A stretch of 64,000 nucleotides of DNA from Hyphomicrobiales bacterium. GTDB taxonomy: Bacteria > Pseudomonadota > Alphaproteobacteria > Rhizobiales > Afifellaceae. This document shows positions 27,724 through 35,305 of the stretch, in pieces. Position 1 is the stretch's first letter. Every line of letters begins with the position of its first letter. The notes beneath the pieces are model-generated. The model had not been told where the DNA came from, searched no databases, and saw only the letters and a list, made by a program, of their open reading frames with translations. The translations under genes were made by a program, and so were the position numbers. Location of the stretch: the NCBI GenBank assembly GCA_038211615.1, contig JBBQVL010000002.1:1289-65288 (forward strand), in the 5' to 3' direction.

Positions 27724-29532
27724 ATGATCGACAAATTCCTGCTGCGGCTCGCGGTGGCGCGCGGCTTCCTTGCCAAGCTCTGGGCCCTGTCGAAGCCTTA
27801 CTGGTTCGCGAAGGATCGCGCGGAGGTACGGCTACCCGGTTTCTCGTTCGGCATCAGCGAAGGGTGGCTTGGCCGGCTGCTGCTGGCGCTGATCTTCGGC
27901 ATGAACATCCTCGTCGTCTACATGTCGAAGCTTCTGAACGACTGGAACGGCCGATTTTTCAACGCGCTCCAGGAGAAGGACTGGAGCGCATTCGTCCACG
28001 AAATCGAATACTGGGCGATTCTCGTCGCCCTCCTGATCTTCGTCATCGTCTATGCGCAGTGGTTCCAGCAGCTTCTCACCATCCGCTGGCGGCGCTGGCT
28101 CACGGAAGTCTATTTCCGCGACTGGCTGGGCAATCTCACCTATTACCGCATGGAGCTGACGGGCGACGGCACCGACAATCCCGAACAGCGCATCGAGCAG
28201 GACTGCGCGCAATTCTCCAGCCAGACGCTCGACATCTCCATCGACCTGCTGTCGCAGGTGATGACGCTGTTCGCCTTCACCGCCGTCCTCTGGGGGCTGT
28301 CGGGAAGCATCGTCGTGCCGATCTTCGGCGGGATCACCATTCCCGGCTACATGCTCTGGGTGGCGATCCTCTATTCGGCCGTGGGCTCCTACCTGACCTA
28401 CAAGATCGGCCGGCCTTTGGTGCGCATCAACTTCGACCTGCAGCGCTACAATGCCGACTTCCGCTACCGCATGACCCGCATCCGCGAGAACGCGGAGCCG
28501 ATCGCGCTCTACCACGGCGAGCCGGACGAGGCGCGCGGGCTCTCCGCCACCTTCGCCAACGTCTACGCCACGTGGTGGATGTTCATGAAATACAACAAGC
28601 GCCTCAACTGGCTGACGTCCTTCTACGGACAGGTGGCGGGCATCTTTCCGATCATCGTCGCCGCGCCCCGCTATTTCGCGGGGATCGTTCCACTCGGAAA
28701 CCTGACGCAGACGGCGGGTGCGTTCGGCTACGTGCAGGGCGCGCTGTCGTGGTTCGTCGATTCCTATCCGACGGTGGCCGCGTGGATGGCGGTGGTCGAT
28801 CGCCTGACCACCTTTGGCGAGGCGATGGAGCGGGCGAAGGAGCTGGAGGCGGCGGACCGCATCAAGGTCGCGCCGGGGAGTGCCGAAGGGATGCAGGTGA
28901 GGGGGCTCGATGTGCGGCTGCCGAACGGTGCGCTGCTGCTCGATCAGGTGAACATGGATGTTGCCGCGGGCGATACCGTTTCGGTGGGCGGCGCATCGGG
29001 CAGCGGCAAGACGACGCTGTTCCGCGCCCTCTCCGGACTATGGCCGTGGGGCGACGGCGAGGTCAGCATGCCGGCCGGCAAGCGAGTCCTCTTCCTGCCG
29101 CAGCGGCCGTATCTCCCGATCGGCACGCTGCGCGATGCGCTCACCTATCCCGAGCGGTCCGACGCTTTCGACGACGCGACATGCCGGAAGGCGCTGGAGG
29201 AGTCCTTCCTCGGGCATCTCGGCGGTCGGCTCGACGAGCCCGCGAACTGGTCGCTGGCGCTTTCGGTGGGCGAGCAGCAGCGGCTCGCCTTCGCGCGGGC
29301 GCTGCTTCTCCGCCCGGACTGGATCTTCATCGACGAAGGCACCTCGGCGCTCGACGCGCCGACGGAGGAGCGGCTCTATGCGCTGCTGAAGGAGCGCCTG
29401 CCGGGTGCGGCGATCGTCAGCATCGCGCATCGGCCGGCGGTCGCCGCCTTCCATCAGCGGCATCTTCGCATCGATCCGGAGCATCACACGCTCGTCGAGG
29501 ATGCGCCGACGGACAGCCTAGCGCCCGCCTGA
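27724..29532 (+). CDS. Fused ABC transporter permease/ATPase, SbmA/BacA-YddA type
   Basis: N-terminal TM domain of ABC_membrane_2 type, Walker A GASGSGKTT, signature LSVGEQQR, Walker B IFIDEGTSALD. Confidence 0.85.
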   Translation: MIDKFLLRLAVARGFLAKLWALSKPYWFAKDRAEVRLPGFSFGISEGWLGRLLLALIFGMNILVVYMSKLLNDWNGRFFNALQEKDWSAFVHEIEYWAILVALLIFVIVYAQWFQQLLTIRWRRWLTEVYFRDWLGNLTYYRMELTGDGTDNPEQRIEQDCAQFSSQTLDISIDLLSQVMTLFAFTAVLWGLSGSIVVPIFGGITIPGYMLWVAILYSAVGSYLTYKIGRPLVRINFDLQRYNADFRYRMTRIRENAEPIALYHGEPDEARGLSATFANVYATWWMFMKYNKRLNWLTSFYGQVAGIFPIIVAAPRYFAGIVPLGNLTQTAGAFGYVQGALSWFVDSYPTVAAWMAVVDRLTTFGEAMERAKELEAADRIKVAPGSAEGMQVRGLDVRLPNGALLLDQVNMDVAAGDTVSVGGASGSGKTTLFRALSGLWPWGDGEVSMPAGKRVLFLPQRPYLPIGTLRDALTYPERSDAFDDATCRKALEESFLGHLGGRLDEPANWSLALSVGEQQRLAFARALLLRPDWIFIDEGTSALDAPTEERLYALLKERLPGAAIVSIAHRPAVAAFHQRHLRIDPEHHTLVEDAPTDSLAPA

Positions 29533-29617
29533 TCACTTTCGACCATGAAATCGCCCGGAATGGCGTCGATGGCGACAAGCGCCGGGGTGAATCTGTGATT
29601 GCCGGCTGGAGGGCCGC

Positions 29618-31555
29618 TTGCGCTTTCGCGAACTCCTGATCGCTGCTTTCGTGCTTCTCGCACCGGCGGTCGCGGATGCCCACCCGCACGTCTGGGTCGA
29701 CGCGGCGGCGGAGGTGGTGTTCGACGACAAGGGGCGCATCGCGGCGATCCGCCACCACTGGCGTTTCGACGAGGAATTCTCCGCCTATGCCCTGCAGGGC
29801 CTCGACACCAACCGCGACGGAAAATATTCGGCCGAGGAACTCGCGCCGCTCGCCAAGGAGAACGTCGAGTCGCTGAAGGACTACGACTTCTTCACCGATC
29901 TCAGCGTCGGCGACTACCAGGCCGGCTTCGGCGCGCCGCGCGACTATCACCTGGAGCTGATGGACGGCCGGCTGCTGCTGCATTTCACGCTGCCGGTCGC
30001 CGTGCCGTTCCTGACGCGCGGCACGGCGACGCTGGAGGTCGGCGATCCGGAATATTACGTGGCCTTCTCGCTGCCGAGCGTCGAGGCGGTGCGCCTCGTC
30101 AACGCGCCGGCGGCATGCCGGCTGACGGTTCATCCGGGCGAAAGGCCCGACGCCGTGGTCGCGGCGCAGCTTGCCCAGATAGGGGCCGACCAGCGGCAGT
30201 TGCCGGAGGACATGCAGTCGCTGACGGCGGGCACCGAGAACACCGCCGAGGTGAATTGCGGCGTGGCCCCCGCGCCGCCGGCCACAGCGGGCGGCGCGGT
30301 CAACGCCATGGCGGGAGCGGGCGCCGCCTCCGGCGATCTCACCGCGCTTCCCGCGCCCTCGACATCGTCGGCGGTCGCGGAGAGCGCGCCGGGCGAGGCT
30401 CTGGCCGCGCCGAAGGAGGCCGACATCGCGACCTCCGCGCGCGTCTCCGGGTTCGCCGCAAACCCTCCCGCGAATGCGATGCCCGCCCCAGTCTCCGCCA
30501 GCCCCGCGCCGCCCGAGTCCGCGCCTCCGATAGCCGCGCCGGCTCCGGCGCCGCCGCGCAGCATCGGCCTGATGCGCCGCTGGACCGTGTGGATAGGCAC
30601 GCTGCAAACGGGGTTCAATCGCGACCTGACCGCCAGCCTGAAGGGGCTGAAAGGCGGGGGCGCCTTCTGGTGGCTCGGCGCAGTCTCCTTCCTCTACGGC
30701 ATCGTGCACGCCGCGGGTCCGGGCCACGGCAAGGTGGTCATCTCGTCCTACCTCCTCGCCAGCGAGGCGCGGATCCGGCGCGGCGTGGTCATCGCCTTCA
30801 TCGCCGCCTTCGTGCAGGCGGTCGTCGCGGTCGGCATCATCGGGCTGATGGCGGTGATCCTCAACATGACCTCGATGGCGATCGATTCGACCGCAAGGGT
30901 GTTCGAGGCGGGGAGCTTCGCTCTGGTGGCGGCGCTGGGCCTCTATCTCCTGGCGCAAAAGGGTCGCGCCGCGTGGACGGTGCTGCAGGGCGGCGATGCG
31001 CACGCGCATCATCATCACCATCATCATGAGCATGACCACAGCGAGTCCCCCTCCCCCTTGCGGGGAGGGGTCAGGGGAGGGGTAGCGCCGGCGTCGAGGA
31101 CGACTGCTGCGTCCCACGATCACAGTCATGATCATGGCCATGACCACCACTCTCAGAGCCACCCCGCCCCCAGCCCCTCCCCGCAAGGGGGAGGGGGGCG
31201 CGTTGCGGGACTCTCAGGCGCTGCCGCCGCTATCGTCTCGGTCGGCATCCGGCCGTGCTCGGGCGCGCTCATCGTGCTGGTCTTCGCGCTGTCGCAGGGG
31301 ATCTTCTGGGCCGGCGTCGCCTCGACCTTCGTGATGGCGCTCGGCACCGCGATGACCGTCGCGGCGCTTGCAGCGCTTGCCGTCGGCGCGAAGGGCTTCG
31401 CGGCGCGGCTGGCGCGGAGCGACGATCGGCGCGCCGGTCAGGTGATGCTGGGGCTGGAACTCGCCGCCGCGCTCTTCATCACGCTGATGGGCGTGGCGCT
31501 GTTCTTCGGGACGCTCTATTCGCCGTCAGGCCTTTCGGGCAGCTCGATGGGCTGA
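29618..31555 (+). CDS. Fusion of a DUF1007 periplasmic domain and a NicO/RcnA-family nickel/cobalt transporter
   Basis: Signal peptide plus HPHVWVD (DUF1007), an Ala/Pro linker (aa 216-314), then HAAGPGHGK, a His-rich loop and IRPCSGA (NicO). Single open frame of 645 aa. Confidence 0.8.
   Translation: MRFRELLIAAFVLLAPAVADAHPHVWVDAAAEVVFDDKGRIAAIRHHWRFDEEFSAYALQGLDTNRDGKYSAEELAPLAKENVESLKDYDFFTDLSVGDYQAGFGAPRDYHLELMDGRLLLHFTLPVAVPFLTRGTATLEVGDPEYYVAFSLPSVEAVRLVNAPAACRLTVHPGERPDAVVAAQLAQIGADQRQLPEDMQSLTAGTENTAEVNCGVAPAPPATAGGAVNAMAGAGAASGDLTALPAPSTSSAVAESAPGEALAAPKEADIATSARVSGFAANPPANAMPAPVSASPAPPESAPPIAAPAPAPPRSIGLMRRWTVWIGTLQTGFNRDLTASLKGLKGGGAFWWLGAVSFLYGIVHAAGPGHGKVVISSYLLASEARIRRGVVIAFIAAFVQAVVAVGIIGLMAVILNMTSMAIDSTARVFEAGSFALVAALGLYLLAQKGRAAWTVLQGGDAHAHHHHHHHEHDHSESPSPLRGGVRGGVAPASRTTAASHDHSHDHGHDHHSQSHPAPSPSPQGGGGRVAGLSGAAAAIVSVGIRPCSGALIVLVFALSQGIFWAGVASTFVMALGTAMTVAALAALAVGAKGFAARLARSDDRRAGQVMLGLELAAALFITLMGVALFFGTLYSPSGLSGSSMG
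31047..31083. repeat. Family C GC-rich hairpin inside the NicO coding sequence
   Basis: CCCCCTCCCCCTTGCGGGGAGGGGTCAGGGGAGGGGT, the same hairpin type as the intergenic copies at 49.7 and 54.6 kb. Confidence 0.75.
31161..31198. repeat. Family C hairpin, inverted partner, inside the NicO coding sequence
   Basis: ACCCCGCCCCCAGCCCCTCCCCGCAAGGGGGAGGGGGG is close to the reverse complement of 31047-31083. Confidence 0.75.
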
Positions 31556-31902
31556 CCGTGCGGCGTCCGCTCGGCCGCCAGCCGCCACGCTTCCTGCAGG
31601 TCGAGCAGGTCGGCGGGAGCAGCTACCGCCTTGCGGCCGAGGATATCCTCCAGCGCGGCGAGCCAGGCCTTCCAGTAAGCCTCTGCGTCTGCTGCGTCCG
31701 CGGCGGTGGCGCGCGCCACCTGCGGCCCGAGCGTTTCCGACCATTCGCCCCAGGTGAAGATTCCGCGCTCGTTCAGCGCAACGGCCATCGCGAAGGCGCG
31801 TGCCGCCCAGGGGGCGGGGAAAACCGGGCCGTCGACACCGCGCGGGATGGCGGCGAGTGCCGCCTCAGGCCCGCTCAAGATAGGGCTCCCAGAGATCGAC
31901 AT
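31516..31902 (-). CDS. Nitrile hydratase accessory (activator) protein
   Basis: PVFPAPWAARAFAMAVAL..RGIFTWGEW motif. Start uncertain (ATG 31902 or TTG 31878); either overlaps the end of the beta-subunit gene. Confidence 0.7.
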   Translation of the reverse strand: MSISGSPILSGPEAALAAIPRGVDGPVFPAPWAARAFAMAVALNERGIFTWGEWSETLGPQVARATAADAADAEAYWKAWLAALEDILGRKAVAAPADLLDLQEAWRLAAERTPHGQPIELPERPDGE

Positions 31903-32524
31903 GGATGGCGTCGCCCGGCTTTCCATCGGAGCCCCATATTTCCGTCGCGTCGAAGGCGACCGAATAGAGCCAGTGCGGGTCCTCGCCATGACCGGTGGAG
32001 TTGGCGTCCGGAAAAACGTGGACGCCGTGGATGCGGGCGATCGTCCCGCTGCGCCCGCGGACATAGCGCGGCAGCCGCGTATGGCCGAGCGGGTTCATCA
32101 TCTTCGTGCGCACGCTGTCTCCAACGGCGAAAAGCGCGGGCGCTGCTGGCGGGCGGTCGTAGCGCGTTCCCCTGGCGAGAATTGAAGCAACATCGGCGGG
32201 CGCGAATTTCCGCTTGAGGGCGGAGGGCGGCGAAAGGCTCCGGCCGGCCTCGATCTCGGCCGCTGTCGCGAGCCCGTGCTCCACCAGCAGCCGCTCGAGC
32301 CCGAGGAACCATTTCTCGTAATAGCTCGAGGCGAGATATTCCGCCGGCGGGATGCGCTCGCGCGCGTGCCGGACCATGTCGATGTTCCACATCCCCGAGC
32401 CGTTCATGGCGAGGGAGATTGCCAGCGCGCGGCGCTCCCAGTCTCCGTGGAACATCGGCTCGTCCGGCTCCGGCGCGACCGGACCAAAGGCCTGCTCGCC
32501 ACCCATATCGTGCGGGGCGTTCAT
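31865..32524 (-). CDS. nthB: Nitrile hydratase beta subunit
   Basis: [16 protein letters not shown] start and C-terminal SH3-like part ([13 protein letters not shown]). ATGA overlap with the alpha-subunit stop. Confidence 0.9.
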   Translation of the reverse strand: MNAPHDMGGEQAFGPVAPEPDEPMFHGDWERRALAISLAMNGSGMWNIDMVRHARERIPPAEYLASSYYEKWFLGLERLLVEHGLATAAEIEAGRSLSPPSALKRKFAPADVASILARGTRYDRPPAAPALFAVGDSVRTKMMNPLGHTRLPRYVRGRSGTIARIHGVHVFPDANSTGHGEDPHWLYSVAFDATEIWGSDGKPGDAIHVDLWEPYLERA

Positions 32525-33186
32525 CCGCGCGAGCCGGGCGAAAGCGGCAGGCCCGTGCCGATCATGGAATCGCGGGTGACGAGGTCGGCGAGCTTTTCCT
32601 CGCTCCAGCCCTCCGTTCCCGCCGGGCGCATCGGCACGACGAGATAGCGGATCTCGGCGGTCGAATCCCAGACGCGGATCCTGGTCGTGTCCGGAAGCGT
32701 CACGCCGAATTCGGCGAGCACGCCGCGCGGATCGATCACCGCGCGCGAGCGATAGGGCGGCGACTTGTACCAGACCGGCGGCAGGCCGAGCACGGCGACC
32801 GGATAGCAGGAGCAGAGCGTGCAGACGACCATGTTGTGGGTGTCGTCGGAATTCTCCAGCGCCACCATGTGCTCGCTCTGCCGGCCGGTGAAGCCGAGCT
32901 CCGCGATCGCCGCTGTGCCATCCTTCAGGAGCCACGCGCGGTAGGCGGGGTCCGCCCAGGCCTTGGCCACAACCTTCGCGCCGTTGCGCGGGCCGATCCG
33001 CGTCTCGTAGGTCTCGACGAAGACGTCGAGGGCGGCCGGGTCGACGTAACCCTTCTCGACGAGCAGCGTCTCCAGCGCGCGAACTCTCAACTCGACATCG
33101 TCGAGGTGCGAGCTTTCGTGCGCGTGATCGTGATGCCCATGATCGTGATCATGCGCGTCCGAATGGGGGTCGTCGTGCTGCGGCAT
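32521..33186 (-). CDS. nthA: Nitrile hydratase alpha subunit, cobalt type, with His-rich N-terminal extension
   Basis: Metal site VCTLCSCYP (Thr/Tyr variant = Co type). N-terminus is [24 protein letters not shown]. Confidence 0.95.
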   Translation of the reverse strand: MPQHDDPHSDAHDHDHGHHDHAHESSHLDDVELRVRALETLLVEKGYVDPAALDVFVETYETRIGPRNGAKVVAKAWADPAYRAWLLKDGTAAIAELGFTGRQSEHMVALENSDDTHNMVVCTLCSCYPVAVLGLPPVWYKSPPYRSRAVIDPRGVLAEFGVTLPDTTRIRVWDSTAEIRYLVVPMRPAGTEGWSEEKLADLVTRDSMIGTGLPLSPGSRG

Positions 33187-33189
33187 GTC

Positions 33190-33951
33190 TCACTCCGCCG
33201 CAAGCGGCAGGGCGTGGCCCGCCCGTTCGCGCGCCGCCTCCGCGAAGGCGCGGAACAGCGCGCCGGAGGCGGGATCGGTCGCTGCCCAGTATTCCGGGTG
33301 CCATTGCACGCCGTAGGCAAACGCCTCCGCGCCGGCGACGCGGACCGCCTCGATCGTCCCGTCGGGAGCGCGCGCCTCCACGGCAAGCCGCGGGCTGAGC
33401 TTTCCGATCACCTGCCGGTGGACGGAATTCACCCTGACGCAGCGTGCTCCGAGCAGTTTGGCGAGGTGGCTGTCCGCCTCGAAGTTCACGTCATGGGCAA
33501 GCTTGAAGCGCTCGTCTATCGGCAGATGGATCGGGGCGCGGTGGTCGAGACTGCCCGGGCGTTCCTGCGCCTCGGTGACGAGCGTTCCGCCAAGCGCCAC
33601 GTTCAGTTCCTGGAAGCCGCGGCAGATGGCGAAGAGCGGCACCCCCATCTCCACCGCCAGCGGGATCAGCTTCAGCGTGGTCGCGTCGCGGTCGTGGTCG
33701 TAGGGCTCGTAGCGCTCCGACGGTTCCTCGCCGTAGTGCGACGGGTGCACGTTCGAGCGCGAGCCGGTCAGCAGCACGCCGTCGACGCGCGACAGGATCG
33801 CGGGCAGGTCGAGCTGCCCGCCGAGGCTTGGCAGCAGCAGGGGAGCCGCGCCGACCATGGCGACGGCCTTCAGGTAGGTGTCGAGCGCCGCATGCCAGAC
33901 GTAGCCATCGGCGGGGCGAAGCTCGGTCGAGACGAGGATCAGCGGTGTCAT
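33190..33951 (-). CDS. Peptidase C26 / class I glutamine amidotransferase-like hydrolase (PuuD family)
   Basis: Nucleophile elbow AICRGFQ and C-terminal WHPE. Stop lies 3 nt before the nthA start. Confidence 0.85.
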   Translation of the reverse strand: MTPLILVSTELRPADGYVWHAALDTYLKAVAMVGAAPLLLPSLGGQLDLPAILSRVDGVLLTGSRSNVHPSHYGEEPSERYEPYDHDRDATTLKLIPLAVEMGVPLFAICRGFQELNVALGGTLVTEAQERPGSLDHRAPIHLPIDERFKLAHDVNFEADSHLAKLLGARCVRVNSVHRQVIGKLSPRLAVEARAPDGTIEAVRVAGAEAFAYGVQWHPEYWAATDPASGALFRAFAEAARERAGHALPLAAE

Positions 33952-34122
33952 GGGAGGAAGGGGTCTGCTCTTGGCTCAGGGCTGCCGAATACTTAGGCAA
34001 TCTTTATTGTAGCGCCAACCGATGGCACTTGTCTGCTTCCGGCTATCCGGGCGGTCTGGACAATCGGCGCGGCCGCATGTCACGCTTGCCGACAAGAAAG
34101 ACAACCAATCGGAGGAAATAGC

Positions 34123-35232
34123 ATGGACCGCCGTACATTCATCAAGAAGGCCGGTGTCGTCACCACGGGCGCCGTGGCTGGCGCCGCGACGCTCGCCGCG
34201 CCCGCGATCGCCCAGTCGGCGCCGGAGTTGAAGTGGCGGCTTGGGTCGAGCTTCCCGAAGAGCCTCGACACCATCTTCGGCGGCGCCGAGACGTTCGCGA
34301 AATACGTCTCCGAAGCCACCGACGGAAAGTTCACCATCCAGGTTTTCCCTGCGGGAGAACTTTTCCCCGGACTGCAGGTGCTCGACAAGGTGCAGGACGG
34401 CACGGTCGAGATGGGCCACACAGCGCTCTACTACTACTGGGGCAAGGATCCGACCTTCGGCTTCGGCACATCGATTCCGTTCGGATTGAACAATCGCCTG
34501 CAGAACGCCTGGTGGTTCTATGGCGGCGGCAATGCGGCGCTGAACGAATTCATGGCCGGCTACAACACGGTGGGCATCGCCGCGGGCAATACCGGCTGCC
34601 AGATGGGCGGCTGGTTCCGCAAGGAGATCAAGAGTCTCGCGGACCTTGATGGCGTGAAGATGCGCATCGGCGGCTTCGGCGGCTCGATTATCGCCAAGGC
34701 CGGCGTCGTGCCGCAGCAGATCGCGGGCGGTGACATCTATCCGGCGCTCGAAAAGGGGACCGTGGACGCCGCCGAGTGGGTCGGGCCCTACGACGACCAG
34801 AAGCTCGGCTTCTTCAAGGTCGCGCCCTACTATTACTACCCGGGCTGGTGGGAGGGGGGCTCGATGCTCCACGTCCTCGTCGGCAAGGACAAGTGGGATG
34901 CTCTCCCGCGGAGCTATCAGGCGATCATCGAGGCGGCCGGCGCCTACGCGAACGACGAGATGATGGCCAAGTACGATATCCTCAACCCGAAGGCGCTGCG
35001 CGAGCTGGTTGCCGGCGGTGCGAAGCTGAACCCCTTCCCGCAGGACGCCATGGAGGCGTGCTTCAAGGCGTCGACCGACGTCTACGCGGACCTGAACGCC
35101 AACAATCCCGCGTTCAAGAAGGTGTGGGATACGTGGGCTCCGGTCCGCTCCGAGGGGAACCTCTGGTGGCAGGTATCGGAAGGAACCTTCGATTCCTTCA
35201 TGATGGCGCAGCAGCGGGCCAAGACGCTTTAG
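34123..35232 (+). CDS. dctP: TRAP transporter substrate-binding protein (DctP family, Tat signal)
   Basis: MDRRTFIKKAG twin-arginine leader, DctP-like fold pattern, GGAGG Shine-Dalgarno sequence. Confidence 0.9.
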   Translation: MDRRTFIKKAGVVTTGAVAGAATLAAPAIAQSAPELKWRLGSSFPKSLDTIFGGAETFAKYVSEATDGKFTIQVFPAGELFPGLQVLDKVQDGTVEMGHTALYYYWGKDPTFGFGTSIPFGLNNRLQNAWWFYGGGNAALNEFMAGYNTVGIAAGNTGCQMGGWFRKEIKSLADLDGVKMRIGGFGGSIIAKAGVVPQQIAGGDIYPALEKGTVDAAEWVGPYDDQKLGFFKVAPYYYYPGWWEGGSMLHVLVGKDKWDALPRSYQAIIEAAGAYANDEMMAKYDILNPKALRELVAGGAKLNPFPQDAMEACFKASTDVYADLNANNPAFKKVWDTWAPVRSEGNLWWQVSEGTFDSFMMAQQRAKTL

Positions 35233-35250
35233 TCTCTCTTCCATCGTCTT

Positions 35251-35279
35251 AACCCGGAGCCGAAAGGCTCCGGGTTTTT
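35251..35279 (+). terminator. Rho-independent terminator after dctP
   Basis: AACCCGGAGCC-GAAA-GGCTCCGGGTT followed by TTTT. Confidence 0.8.
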
Positions 35280-35305
35280 CGTTGCCGAATCAGCCGAATA
35301 CCAGA

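Noticed and set aside
29533-29617. Metal or cobalamin riboswitch upstream of the DUF1007-NicO gene
   Set aside because: Only 85 nt are available, and I see no B12-box or NiCo-type conserved core. It cannot be supported without a covariance-model scan.
32525-32935. N-terminal extension of the NHase beta ORF (356-aa track ORF)
   Set aside because: Beta-subunit homology starts at [10 protein letters not shown] (32524). The extension overlaps the alpha-subunit gene out of frame.
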